This document shows, piece by piece, positions 29,101 through 35,879 of a DNA stretch of 64,000 nt. The notes beneath the pieces were generated by a model. The model saw only the letters and a program-made list of their open reading frames with translations, ran no database searches and had not been told where the DNA came from. Position 1 is the stretch's first letter. Each line of letters opens with the position of its first letter. This DNA comes from Nitrospirales bacterium (lineage in GTDB: Bacteria > Nitrospirota > Nitrospiria > Nitrospirales > UBA8639). Made by a program: the position numbers and the translations under genes. The DNA lies in contig OZ244941.1 in NCBI GenBank assembly GCA_965222275.1, positions 1,079,184-1,143,183 of the forward strand, written 5' to 3'.

Positions 29101-32100
29101 TCGTTCGCCAGGATCGTCACCGTGCAGGTCTGGCCGTCGGTGGGCAGGTAGTTGCCGTTGTCCTCCAGCGTGAACCGGACGGTGAGCGGATCCGCTACGA
29201 CGGCGGTCTCGCGGCGCACCACGAACCAGAGCTGCGCGCCCTCGTTCACGACACCGCCCTGGAAGTTCGTGGAGCGCTCGATGCTCACCTTCGCCTGGTC
29301 GTCGTTCGTGATCGTGCCGGTGACGATGTTACTGCCGGAAGCGAGCTGGGCGTTGCCGACGCCAAAGACGCGCAGGGCCACCGTCTCGTCCCGCTCGTGC
29401 ACGTCGTCCACGACCACCGGCACCTCGATGACGAGGTCGGCCGTGGACCCCGCGGTGATCGTGATCGCGGCGGCGGTGGGCGTGTAGTCGTCCGTCGGCG
29501 CCGCCGTGCCCCGCGAGGCGGCGTCCGTCTCGCCGGACTCGATGGTCTCGTACTGGAAGGTGACGTCCTTGCCGCTCGGCGCGCTGAGCGACGCCGTGAA
29601 GCGGAGCGGCCCGGCGTCTTCTGCGACGTCCGCCACGGTCACGGTGAGGGTCGGCTCGGGGTCGTTGTCCACGATGGTGCCGACGGCCTCGGACTTGCCC
29701 AGATCGAGCACGGCGTTCAACGACGGCGACTCCAGCACGATCAGGAGGGTCTCGTCCACCTCGTCGAGGGCGTCGTCCACCAGGGCGAGCGAGATCGCCG
29801 CCTGTGTCTGGCCGGCGCTGATCGTCGCCGTGGTCGTTCCCGTCGGCGCGCTGGTGAAGTCCGCCGCCGACGCCGTGTCGTATTCGATGCGCCAGTCGAA
29901 GGTCGCGTTCTGGGAGTGCGTCCGGCTCATCTCCACCGTGAATTCGAGCGAGCCGGCGTTCTCGGAGGCGCTGGCTGGCTCGATGGAGAGCAACGGGGAG
30001 ACGTCGTCCTCCTGGATGAACACGAAGAACCGGGGCGGGACCGGGAGCAGCGCCGGGCCGGTGGGGGTGTGCAGCTCGACGTAGAACACCTTGCCCGTTT
30101 CGGCCAGGTCGTTGTCGATGATCGGGATGGAAACGGTCTGCTGCGTCTGCGGGGGCGCGAAGGTCAGGGTGCCGCTCGAGGCCGTGTAGTGCGTCCCCGC
30201 CACGGCCTCGTCCGCCCCGGTGGCGTCGGTGTCGCCGGCCGGTTTCCCCGTCGTCCGCCACTGCACCGTGATCTCCTCGCTGGCGGGGTTCAAGAGCGTG
30301 ACCGGGATCACCGCGTCGCCGACGGACTCCAAGACCTGGGCCGGGTTGATGACGAAGTGGGGCTGGGGGTCGTTGTCGGTGACGGTGACCGACGCCTCCC
30401 GGGCGTCCGCCTTGGGGGTGTAGGTCCTCAGCGTGCCGACCTCGTTCACGGCGCCGGCGGGCTGGTCGGCGATGCTCACCTTGAGCGCGCCGTCCGCCTC
30501 GTGGACGTCGTCGTCCACGGTGGGCAGGCTCAGCGTGTAGGTGGTCGAAGCGACGGTGCCCGCAAACTCGATGTATCCGGGGATGGTGATCGTCCGCTGC
30601 CCCGCGGTTGTGTCGAGGTAGTCGCCCGTCTGCTCCACATCGAGGACAATCTTCAGGTCCTGCGAGGCCGCCAGTCCGTAGCCGTCGTGCCTGGTGATCT
30701 CGAAGGCCACGGTCGTTCCTTCTCCGACGGAGGAAACGTCGCCCGCGACTGCGATCGTCACGGTCGGACGACTGTTGTTGATTTCCACCTGGTAGGATTT
30801 CGCCTCCCCGAGCGTGTACCGGGGCTGGAACGGGAAACGCGTCTCGTCGAAGGGCAGCAGTTCGAACGTCCGCCGGACGCCGAGTGGGCCTACCCTCGTC
30901 GGGGTGTAATACCGATTCTCATAGACGGACTCGATCACTCCCACCGGCAGGCCGCCAGTGACGGTGTGGATCCGGCTGTCAGACACCGACCTCACATCCT
31001 GGTCGGGCGGGAGGTACCGTTCCAGGACGGTAGAGATGTAGTCGTAAGAAAGCAGTGTCTCGGAGTAGGCGGAGCGGGCGACCCTCTGAGTGAAGAAATC
31101 TCCTTCGAACATCTCGGTCTTGTCCGTAGTCGCCGTCAGGATGGGAATGTCGTCGTCCCTGACCAACATGCTGGCTGACCTCGCCGTGTCGCCGGCCTGG
31201 TAGTTGGCGCCGGCGGCGATTTCGGCGGTGATCTCGCCGTCGCCCTCGTTGAACTCGTCGTTGATGCTCGGGAGCGAGAACTCGGCGCCGGAGCTCCCGG
31301 CGGCGAAGGTGACCGACCGCGATTCCGTGGTGGTCTGCAGGAAGAGCGAAGTCGGGATCGTGGCGTGCTCGGTGAAGATCTTCGTGTGGTAGGTCAGGCT
31401 CAGGTTGACGGAGAGCGCGACCGCAGTGCCGCCGGTGCGGGTCAGGTCGAAGACGGCGGGGCTGCCCTCGTCCACCTGCTCGGCGCGCGCGGCGATGGTG
31501 ACGGTCTCGTTGTCGTTGTCGAGGATGGCGACGGTGGTGGCGGCGGGCGTGCCCTCCGAGACCTTCTCCGGGAGGGTCGCGCCGAAAGTGAGCCGGACCG
31601 TCTCGCCGTCGTCGTCCTCGGTGTCGTCGGTGGCGGTGAAGGTGACCGTCTTCGAGGTCTCGTTGGCGGCGAAGGTCACGTTCGTGGGCACCGTCGAGTC
31701 GCCGCTGGCGGCGCCGTCCTGCCCCTCGGCCTCCAGCGGAATCGTCACTTCGCGGCCGGGCGCGATGTCGAGCTGCACGGTCACCTCTGCCGTACCGCCC
31801 TCGGAGACCTCGTAGGTTGCCGCGTCGAAGGAGACGGTCACCTCGAAGAGGTCGTCGTCCTCGATGGTCCCGGTCGCCGTGGCCCGCGCGATCTGCGCGT
31901 TCGCCGGCGAGGTGAGGGTGACGGTGAAGGTCTCGTCCGGCTCGATGTCCGTGTCGTCCCGGATCGTCACCGTGAAGGTCGCGCTCGTCTGCCCGGCGGG
32001 GATCGTCAGCGTGCTGCTGACGGCGGTGTAGTCCTCGCCGGCGGTGGCGGTCCCGTTCGAGGTCGCGTAGTGCACCTCCGCGTCGAAGTCCGTCGAGCCG

Positions 32101-33992
32101 GTGCGGGAGACCGTGAAGGTCATCGAGCCCGCGTCCTCGGCCGTCGTCACGTCCGCGATGGAGAGCATCGGCGTGGCGGTCGAGCCGAGTATCTGGTTCT
32201 CGGCTCGGCCCTGGGCGGCGGGGTGGTCGAGGACGGCGTCGTTGCCGGCCGCGTCCTTGAGCGTGGCGCCGCTCGGGAGCGAGATGCCGTTCGCGGGGAC
32301 GGCGATGCCGTCGGGGTCGTAGTCGCCGGCGACGATGGTGTAACTGAAGACCACCACCCTGGTGCCCGCGATGTAGATGAAAAAGGCCGCAGTCCGGGTC
32401 CGGGTTCCCACCGTCAGGCCGAGCGACGGGTTGCCGCCGGCGAACACGAGCGGCTCCGAGAACTGCATGCTGACCTGGAAGGTGCCGTTGTCCGTGAAGG
32501 TCTCGACGTTGCCGCGGTTCGACGGGATCTGCACCAGGGTGATCGTGGGCGCGACGCCGTCCACCTTGTGGGCGGAGTCGGCGGCCACTGCGGTATGCGT
32601 CAGCACTGCGTCCGTACCGCCGGTGCTCCGGATGCTGGCGCCGGTGGGAACCGTCAGGCCGTTGGCGGCGATGGCGGCGCCGTCCGTGTCCTCATCGTCG
32701 TCGGCCACCGTGTACTGGAAGGTCAGGGTGGTGGCGCCGGCGCCCCCGCGGTAGGTGGCCTGCCGGGTGTTGGCGCCGATCACGAGGTCCAGGGTGGGCG
32801 CCCCGGTGACGTTCACCGCCTCGCTGAACACCACCTCCGCCGAGATGGTGTCGCCCTGCTTGTAGAACCCGTTCTGCCCCGCGGGTGGCATCGAACTGAA
32901 CGACACCCCCGAGACCGTCGGGCCACCGGGGCCGTCGTCGCCCTGTTGCCGGGCGCTGACCAGAGGGTCATCCCCTCGTGGAGCGATGCGCCGCGGCTCG
33001 TCTCGTGCGGCACGTCGCAAGGCGCGATGTCGGACCTCGCGGGCCACATCCATCTCGAACGGCGCCCGATCGTCCACGCTGGCCAGCGCGTAAGCGAGGC
33101 GGGCCACGCTGCCGGCGTTCGTCGTCGTCCACTGCCTGGCCGCGGCTTCGAGGCTTGCCGCTATCTCCACGTCGGCCCGGTACATTCGCTCCTTCGCCGT
33201 TTCCTCGCTCGCGCCACGCTGGCGGTGCGGCAGCCGTCCGGCGGCGGCCGGGGTGCTCCCCTGCCGAGCGGTGCGGATTACCTCGGACCCGTTCACCCTG
33301 ATTCTTATCGGGTTGCCCGTACCCCACCAGCCGTCCGTGGTTCCACGAGTACGAAACAGCGGAGAATCGGCTATACTCCATCCCGCCGCCGCGCCGGCAT
33401 CTTCCTTATGACTTGTGGTCACGCTAAGCCGAGGGGTCGTTTCCCCTGCCGTGCGGGTATATTCCATGACCACGAAGTACGTGGTGTTTGCCGCAAGCAT
33501 GGTGTTTGTCGAAGCGGTGAACGCCTGGCGTCCCCTCGACAGACTACCCGGATTCGTGAAGGTGTGCAGAAGTTTGCCTGGTCGATACGTGTTGCCTGGG
33601 GACCACAGGGCTACGGTCAGGTTGGCGGGATTCCCGGGTGCCCGGGCCAGATTCACTTCGATGCTGCTCAGGGTGTAGCCAGATGGATTCGAGCCGGCGG
33701 TGAATCCTTGCGCAATGACACGATCACCTACTATTGCCGTCGTGACTTCCTTTTGACCATCGTTGCTCCCGAGTACGGATGCTTGCGCCTGCGCGGGTGT
33801 ACTGACACCAAGCAGGGCGGCGCCTGCGAGTACGAAGGCGGCGAGGGGGCGCCGGACCGGACCGAGGGTCGGGGAGCGCCCGGGGCTCGAAGGAGGGGGT
33901 GCCCGCCGGTTGCGGATGCGCCGGGATGCTCGGGCGCCACGGTCCGAAGCGCCGGCGCGCTCGGCCCCATCGCTTTCCTGTCGCGGAATCAT
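17115..33992 (-). CDS. Giant (~5,625 aa) modular adhesin-like autotransporter: Calx-beta x~20, FN3 x4, cadherin-like x1, unassigned Ig-like modules, autotransporter beta-domain, C-terminal SPOR
   Basis: One uninterrupted ORF. ATG 33992 precedes an Arg-rich leader and the hydrophobic core AAFVLAGAALLGVSTPAQAQA. Repeated ...A.GTI.DDD module ends, PGKP..VTL.WTAP FN3 starts, NNPPTFTSAADPSVAEN (cadherin-like), AWLARFGRTVA...HVQLGF (translocator) and YFVQLGAFSRHANA (SPOR) are all visible in the translation. Confidence 0.9.
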   Translation of the reverse strand: MIPRQESDGAERAGASDRGARASRRIRNRRAPPPSSPGRSPTLGPVRRPLAAFVLAGAALLGVSTPAQAQASVLGSNDGQKEVTTAIVGDRVIAQGFTAGSNPSGYTLSSIEVNLARAPGNPANLTVALWSPGNTYRPGKLLHTFTNPGSLSRGRQAFTASTNTMLAANTTYFVVMEYTRTAGETTPRLSVTTSHKEDAGAAAGWSIADSPLFRTRGTTDGWWGTGNPIRIRVNGSEVIRTARQGSTPAAAGRLPHRQRGASEETAKERMYRADVEIAASLEAAARQWTTTNAGSVARLAYALASVDDRAPFEMDVAREVRHRALRRAARDEPRRIAPRGDDPLVSARQQGDDGPGGPTVSGVSFSSMPPAGQNGFYKQGDTISAEVVFSEAVNVTGAPTLDLVIGANTRQATYRGGAGATTLTFQYTVADDDEDTDGAAIAANGLTVPTGASIRSTGGTDAVLTHTAVAADSAHKVDGVAPTITLVQIPSNRGNVETFTDNGTFQVSMQFSEPLVFAGGNPSLGLTVGTRTRTAAFFIYIAGTRVVVFSYTIVAGDYDPDGIAVPANGISLPSGATLKDAAGNDAVLDHPAAQGRAENQILGSTATPMLSIADVTTAEDAGSMTFTVSRTGSTDFDAEVHYATSNGTATAGEDYTAVSSTLTIPAGQTSATFTVTIRDDTDIEPDETFTVTLTSPANAQIARATATGTIEDDDLFEVTVSFDAATYEVSEGGTAEVTVQLDIAPGREVTIPLEAEGQDGAASGDSTVPTNVTFAANETSKTVTFTATDDTEDDDGETVRLTFGATLPEKVSEGTPAATTVAILDNDNETVTIAARAEQVDEGSPAVFDLTRTGGTAVALSVNLSLTYHTKIFTEHATIPTSLFLQTTTESRSVTFAAGSSGAEFSLPSINDEFNEGDGEITAEIAAGANYQAGDTARSASMLVRDDDIPILTATTDKTEMFEGDFFTQRVARSAYSETLLSYDYISTVLERYLPPDQDVRSVSDSRIHTVTGGLPVGVIESVYENRYYTPTRVGPLGVRRTFELLPFDETRFPFQPRYTLGEAKSYQVEINNSRPTVTIAVAGDVSSVGEGTTVAFEITRHDGYGLAASQDLKIVLDVEQTGDYLDTTAGQRTITIPGYIEFAGTVASTTYTLSLPTVDDDVHEADGALKVSIADQPAGAVNEVGTLRTYTPKADAREASVTVTDNDPQPHFVINPAQVLESVGDAVIPVTLLNPASEEITVQWRTTGKPAGDTDATGADEAVAGTHYTASSGTLTFAPPQTQQTVSIPIIDNDLAETGKVFYVELHTPTGPALLPVPPRFFVFIQEDDVSPLLSIEPASASENAGSLEFTVEMSRTHSQNATFDWRIEYDTASAADFTSAPTGTTTATISAGQTQAAISLALVDDALDEVDETLLIVLESPSLNAVLDLGKSEAVGTIVDNDPEPTLTVTVADVAEDAGPLRFTASLSAPSGKDVTFQYETIESGETDAASRGTAAPTDDYTPTAAAITITAGSTADLVIEVPVVVDDVHERDETVALRVFGVGNAQLASGSNIVTGTITNDDQAKVSIERSTNFQGGVVNEGAQLWFVVRRETAVVADPLTVRFTLEDNGNYLPTDGQTCTVTILANERVVATTSAVGCSQVTTEDSTDEPDGAVTATLVAPTDDSYGIDGARATAAYTIRDNDDPPVLSIGDVEAEESAGALTFTVGLSAASDYPVSVSYATADGTAEAPADYTAASDALTFDPGETSKQIVVTLVADTADEADTETFTMTLSSATHATLPTPPTATGTIKDDDRPTVSVEAVDATVPEGTDAVFKLTRSGYLGVHDSFFVAIAATGKHVKNPASDLGPAREFSIEANDDHVLITIPTDDDTRDEDDGTLTATLNDSNAYLVGAREATITIQDDDPEPALSFVNATGSETAGEVEFTVNLSAASDREVTVDYSVVSWSAALEIDFEDIAGTLTFAPGTTSRMFAVPVVDDDSDEDREQFLARLANPVNATLPNPEATGFIDDNDDPPLLGVQGASPPEGDPATFEVTLTPASGKTVTVQYRTSDGPADTAAQAAVDGEDYTAVTGTLTFDPGETSKDVAVATVEDTVNEATERFRLTIHSPSNARLPAAPFADGLIVDDDAEPALSIADVTAGEADGEMVFTVTLSPASGRQVEASWATVADTATVGVDFTAGSGALTFAVGETSKEIRVALLSDQIQEDSESFHVDLTLGDSPGANLARARATGTITDDDLPVVTVATAQARLFEGGEATFTVTRANHAAKDLVVGLEITATSFLAGGADLARQVTFAADESEKALVISTDDDEIDEPDGRLEVTVTPRADYRAGTPASASLELLDNDVAGIMVTIELDPGASVDEDEGDIGITYTAATAGTVRPDRDITFSIRTESDNASAGADYTALSEIIYIRTGDFTPTANGNRYTASVNQNVREQALSIAILEDTEDEPDETFRIKTERTAGSFQVEPPADLTITILDNDEPPGKPVLSGTVGDAQVTLNWTAPDAGTSSITSYEYRRSTDGGTTWPPDWTDVGNVTTYTVTGLANGVAHTFEVRAKSVVGPGPASEALTLMTTIPSVTGVSFTSSPPAGQSSTYKLADTITLEVKFSEPVDVTGTPTLDLTVGSDTAAAGYTGGTGTDTLTFAYTVQADDVDRDGAGVSANALKLAGGTIRKQDSTTQDANLALDALASQSGQQVDGAAPALRTATVSGDQLVLTWDEALNSGATPAASAFALGYTGTGTTPTIGGVAVSGTVVTLTLSRATTREDTLTISYTAPSGASALQDLAGNPAADFTDQAVTNQSVPTVTVTFDAADYTVTEGADVEVTVTLSADPERGVTIPIVATPGDGASAADYTVADTVTFASGEMSKVLTFGATGDTEDDDDETVALSFGTLPFAVTEGARPAATVAITDDDDPVVTVSFGAADYRVAEGADVEVTVTLSADPERSVEIPLTATPGTGAEATEFTAPESVSFASGEISKTVPFTTTEDTAAEEDETVELGFGATLPAGVSAGAPATATVTITDDDSAPGLPALTAAPADGKVTLTWLAPADPGSSAITSYEYRVSADGKTTWSPDWMDAGNVFEKEISSLTNGTEYTFQVRAVNAVGKGETAETTATPVANNPPTFTSAADPSVAENTTAVLTVAATDDDTGDDVTGYALQGGADQSKFTFDPSTRELVFASAPNFEDLRDADRDGAYIVIVRATSGTGDRQRTTDQTITVTVTDVAEAPGKPAAPTFSGTTSTTLAVTWTAPENTGPDITDYDVRYRTGSDTFAAWTHDGTATTATITGLTASTAYDVQVRARNAEGDGAWSDSGTGTTAAPPIIATAGIAAGASVTEGTALAFTLTVDPLPAATTSYTATLSVIETGGDMLEAATEGTKRFGFQYNPTTSAYEAPATALSGTDVLSGSANVLSLPTAGDAADELDSTVTVSITAVTGFLNSDDSMVSVNVGTPASAFQTVTDDDELPGKPVISSAAPGNAQVTLTWTAPTQTGTSPVTGYDYRYKADGDAAFGGWTDAGAGATATVDGLTNGAEYTFEVRAKSAAGDGPASDPIAATPTEASATVPAVSEVSFTSTPAAGQNDTYKLSDVIEVEVAFSEAVDVTGTPTVDLTIGAATRQATYTGGHGTATLTFEYVVVAGDEDSDGAGIAANGLTLPSGATIKKSGTETDAEREYAAKAGQAGHKVDGIVPSLIALSIAEGSEAGIGEDRIYTAGDPILFVTLFSEDVVVEGNPSIEFMLGGQSRQAPHHGTVKVFDVLDGEEFRYVVVAGDLDTDGVSVAANPMRPNGGRIRDAAGNGAVLDHKGFADDAGHKVYGVRVTTTVVLPDGPVGGPFDARVAFSHDVTGFVDSDITVGNGAVTAFVATNAREYVATIMPAASGQVSVSVAADVAQYAANADNGNQASETATVTADLSPAPEVSIEDATASEDDGSMSFTVSLSAASSFEVSVAYETSDGTATAGADYTAMNDTLMIAAKEMSGTIEVPILQDDLYEFERNWRPEDEVFQVTLTSAEQAVLGRAQATGTIEDDEADEVALTIVVHAWDRNEDDSVDRGPFDVLFAFHQPGCEVCGIAVDGFSLDDITVTGGTKGSSLRTSYEGAAHTLEITPDSGATEVVLSVAAGMATVKAGEAMKKEIANKAATLSVQLLTSARSREALTVEITGPEGPVRERFEARFAFNREVTGFTWEDVEVGNGALSDETLARVDGATYTAEIEPAAGFEGTVTVAVPAEAARDGDGAGNLASQPLRIAADLLAPTVEVTSEAEAPVSGEFPIAVTFSEPTSGFDMSELVIDNGYASRMASFSDGTGYGTEYTVHVTLYPDVSGTMSITVPDGVATDVAGNPNAASEPFTISLPARGPVTGFTLFDPASGEAVRALADGTVLEGLSLDRLNVRAEIAPDEQIGSMRLELTGAQTAARTADVVPYALFGDKDGQAFPVGGYRITATPYPEPNLGGTPGPTRTMAFTVAAGQDAEPSGARAPGPTVSSVAITSSPESGGAYAPGEKIEVTVQFETPVTVDTTNGTPSIGITVGGTARQATYASGTGTARLMFTYTVTTADRDTGQVGLVANSLSLNGGTIRVVAGTDPARPRLLIADARVREAADAVLEFQVTLRPASADPVTVAYATADGTATAGEDYTAASGTVTFAPGETEQTIAVTVLDDAHDEGEETVTLRLSNATGATLTDAEAVGTIANHAPVPAAPPSPLTGFTLFDSGSQTDIVALAEGMVLAAQASARLNIRAEVSANAAIWSVKMELTGTQSSARTENLVPYALFGDKGGQAFPAGTYTVTASPYPERDLGGTASVARSVTFTVQPHALAVADARVDEGPDATLGFTVTLRPASPAPVTVAYATADGTATAGEDYTAASGTVTFAPGETEQTIAVTVLDDAHDEGEETVTLRLSNATGATLTDAEAVGTIVNSDPLPQAWLARFGRTVATHVVDAVGERLRGSPGSYVTVGGRRMSLESGSAGTPEAGLGETRLPLGVGALGSTEPGTGGWGPAPGNGWPWAERRAGASRTLTGRDLLVGSAFRLTLGADDDGRAGTRWTAWGRVAATRFDGVDGTLSLEGDVLTGTLGVDGEWDRWLAGLSVSHSRGDGSYTMTQAGAGDRGELENSLTSVHPYLRYQMTERLDVWGLLGYGWGDLTLEQANAQAALETDTDLVMGAFGGRGVLLPAGENDGFELTARSEAMLTRMTSDAVTTGAGKLESAEADANRLRLILEGSRGFELSAGRMLAPSVELGLRHDWGDAETGLGVELGGRVRYADPGLGLTVEGAARGLLAHEDTNYEEWGVSGSVRVDPGTAGQGLSLTLTPTWGAASSGVERLWSQQDTAGLAANNNADPTGRLAMELGYGFWVPSMGGTVTPFTGLDLTDEGRSRSRVSLVFDRPRTRGGDLRVELAGERMENPFGRPEHRVNLHVQLGFGGASGMPPSQAAPVRSRSAVNTFATAPPALLPETTAREQPASPAPLAAKHRVVAAPSSSVPEKSRKRIGSMRYFVQLGAFSRHANAVRARTKLAGDLSGLFRRHDKSMLAIAAPKKGGLSRVVVANAFSIRKAAAALCAAIKARGPNCYVKRAWYMPGRKSRGMRVEAGTKGFEPNRSGMLSSR
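17205..17459 (-). other. SPOR (peptidoglycan-binding) domain at the extreme C-terminus of the giant protein
   Basis: MRYFVQLGAFSRHANAVRARTKLAGDL...GLSRVVVANAFSIRKAAAALCAAIKARGPNCYVKRAW. It is separated from the barrel by a ~70-aa Pro/Ala/Ser-rich linker. Confidence 0.7.
17670..19175 (-). other. Autotransporter (type Va) linker plus beta-barrel translocator domain of the giant protein
   Basis: PLPQAWLARFGRTVATHVVDAV..., alternating-hydrophobic beta strands (TRWTAWGRVAATRFDG, GTLGVDGEWDRWLAGLSVSHSRGDG, VHPYLRYQMTERLDVWGLLGYGWG) and the terminal RVNLHVQLGF. Confidence 0.8.
19188..19409. repeat. Near-identical 222-bp intragenic repeat, copy A (Calx-beta module)
   Basis: It differs from 19869-20090 at 2 positions by eye, and both copies encode ...VTVAYATADGTATAGEDYTAASGTVTFAPGETEQTIAVTVLDDAHDEGEETVTLRLSNATGATLTDAEAVGTI. 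Confidence 0.9.
19869..20090. repeat. Near-identical 222-bp intragenic repeat, copy B
   Basis: See copy A. The offset is 681 bp (227 codons, in frame), and flanking sequence of the 681-bp unit is much more diverged. Confidence 0.9.
33780..33992 (-). other. Extended 71-aa signal/leader region of the giant protein
   Basis: MIPRQESDGAERAGASDRGARASRRIRNRRAPPPSSPGRSPTLGPVRRPLAAFVLAGAALLGVSTPAQAQA|SV. Confidence 0.55.
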
Positions 33993-34388
33993 CTTGTGAT
34001 GCTCCCCAGATTCTTGCCTCCGAGTCCGCCGTTCCCATGCCCAGATTCGCACTACACGGGAGCATGGCAGTTTTCCCTGTGCCATGTATACGTAACTATT
34101 GGATATTATTGTAATATGCACACGTGTCACCATCAAGCGCTATGTGATGATGGAGGACGCTTCGAAAGAATCAGAAACAGCGTCAGACCCAGGTCGGGCG
34201 TCGGACCTTACGCTCCGGTTGGTCATTCATCCGTGACGGCCTTTCCCTGGCCGCCTGTGCAACGTCCCGTAGCCGTTGCTGCAACACAAAAGCCGGAGTC
34301 CCTTCCTGATTTCGACCCGGACCATCCTCAGGCCAAAGGGATCATTCTCTCATTTCACCGCTGGCCTGATGAAGGGGAACAAACAGTC

Positions 34389-34556
34389 ATGCTTGAAAAG
34401 ACAACGGAAGCGGGGCTGATGAAGAAAGAAGAGATCCCCCGTTTCAAAACCTGGGTTTTTGAATGGGGCGAATGGCGAAAGGCGGCAACGGCTCAGAAGG
34501 TCTGCTTCAGCCTGCAGGACCTTTCCTCCCTGGAGGCCCGTGAGCCGGATTATTGA
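34389..34556 (+). CDS. Possible small ORF (55 aa)
   Basis: MLEKTTEAGLMKKEEIPRFKTWVFEWGEWRKAATAQKVCF... is the only non-GC-shadow part of the long plus-strand ORF 31365-34556. The RBS is weak. Confidence 0.2.
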   Translation: MLEKTTEAGLMKKEEIPRFKTWVFEWGEWRKAATAQKVCFSLQDLSSLEAREPDY

Positions 34557-34770
34557 CTTGGCCCCGCCACCGGCTCTCTAAAGTAAAGAAAAATAACGAG
34601 CGAAAAGCTCCACCCGTCTCACCGAGCGCGCCTGCGACAACCGCAAGTCCGCCGCTCAATCCGAATCGGACGGCGAAGCCCCGAATAGGAACCCGACAAG
34701 ACATGCAAGCGCATAGATGCTAAGATGCGCTGTTCATACGGCATCCATACTGCAAAAAGGAGGTGCGAAG

Positions 34771-35205
34771 ATGTTTGGTAATCCATCGTTGACCACCCGA
34801 ATCGCCGTCGGAAAGGCCGTCGGCTTCCTGATCGGCCTCGCTGGGTTTCTTTCGCTACCCTGGTTTATGCCCGAAGCGGGTTGGCTGATCCGATGGGGAA
34901 TCTTGCTTTGGTACACCACGCTGGGAGCGCTTATCGGGGTATTCGGGGTGCTCACCTGGGACCCCGTTTTGAAGCTGCCCATGCCTTGGTGGGTTCGCGC
35001 ACCGTTTCTTGGAGCCTGGATGAATTTTGTCCTGACATTTTTCGCCTATGACATGTTGAAACAGGCGATGGAGGCCATGTTCGGTCTTGATGGCGTCCTC
35101 AACTCGCCCTTCTGGTTCGTGGCCGAGGGCGCTGTCGTTGGGCTCATCATCGGCTATTTCGCGACACGCTTCGGCGGCGAGGGCGTAGAGACCGCTGGCC
35201 GGTGA
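34771..35205 (+). CDS. Hypothetical 4-TM membrane protein (144 aa)
   Basis: Strong RBS aaaggagg 7 nt upstream of ATG 34771, and four hydrophobic segments. No family recognised. Confidence 0.6.
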   Translation: MFGNPSLTTRIAVGKAVGFLIGLAGFLSLPWFMPEAGWLIRWGILLWYTTLGALIGVFGVLTWDPVLKLPMPWWVRAPFLGAWMNFVLTFFAYDMLKQAMEAMFGLDGVLNSPFWFVAEGAVVGLIIGYFATRFGGEGVETAGR

Positions 35206-35212
35206 ACGGTCA

Positions 35213-35272
35213 GTTGCTGCCCCAGTACCAAGTGCTCAAAGAAGGAGAAACAAAAGGCGGGCAACGGGTGGC
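35213..35272 (+). pseudogene. Decayed 3' fragment of a paralogue of the 16726-17055 lipoprotein gene
   Basis: ccccagtaccaagtgctcaaagaaggagaaacaaaaggcgggcaacgggtgg versus 16935-16990 cccgtaccaggtgcttaaagaaggaaaaacgaaaggccggcaacgggtgg (about 85% by eye). It encodes PQYQVLKEGETKGGQRV. Confidence 0.55.
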
Positions 35273-35590
35273 TCAGGCAATCGCCTGCAAGCCCTTCTCC
35301 TGAACCAGCGCCAAAAGTTTGAGAGAGGCACCGGCAGGGTGCTTCTCTCCGCGCTCCCACTGGCTGATAAGGCCCGTCGAAACATTCAGGTGAAGAGCGA
35401 ACACGGCCTGACTCACGCGCTCGCGTTCACGGAGCGCACGAATGTCACCCGGTTGCATCGAGCGCACCGGGGTCAGGCAAAGTTCGTCGAACCTGCGCAG
35501 TGTCCGCTTATCCATGAGGCCCGCGTCGTGAAGATCTGATGCCGTCTCATGGATCGCCCCAAGGGCGTCACTTTTATATGTCTTATTCAT
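35273..35590 (-). CDS. XRE-family HTH protein, HigA/COG2944-like antitoxin type
   Basis: MNKTYKSDALGAIHETASDLHDAGLMDKRTLRRFDELCLTP...SQAVFALHLNVSTGLISQWERGEKHPAGASLKLLALV. No intact toxin ORF lies next to it. Confidence 0.75.
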   Translation of the reverse strand: MNKTYKSDALGAIHETASDLHDAGLMDKRTLRRFDELCLTPVRSMQPGDIRALRERERVSQAVFALHLNVSTGLISQWERGEKHPAGASLKLLALVQEKGLQAIA

Positions 35591-35879
35591 GACGTGGCCG
35601 TAGAGTTTCTCAGGCCAATCACCTGCTCTTTCTACCAAAAAACAAAGGCCGTTCGTTTCCACGAACCGCCTGTTGAGCATGTGACTGGAAATATGGAACA
35701 AGCTACATCAGGAGCTTGTATTGGAATTGCCCGCCCGAGTGCGAGGATTCACTTCCGGCCTGACCCCCGGTGGTTTTTGTTCGTTCATGGGGACTTGAGG
35801 CCCCACTCGTTTTTCCGATGCCCCGCGTTTTTTCCAATCCTCGTAGTTTTCAGTTGTGTGGTTCCTGTCCCTATTGAAT

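Noticed and set aside
21642-31178. 3,178-aa plus-strand ORF, the second longest in the track.
   Set aside because: It lies entirely antisense to the giant minus-strand gene. Its translation is Arg/Gly/Val/His-rich low-complexity sequence with no domain pattern. It is the typical shadow ORF of very GC-rich coding DNA.
31365-34556. 1,063-aa plus-strand ORF spanning the 5' part of the giant gene and its upstream region.
   Set aside because: It is antisense shadow for most of its length. Only the last ~55 codons (34389-34556) lie in non-coding DNA, and these are listed separately at low confidence.
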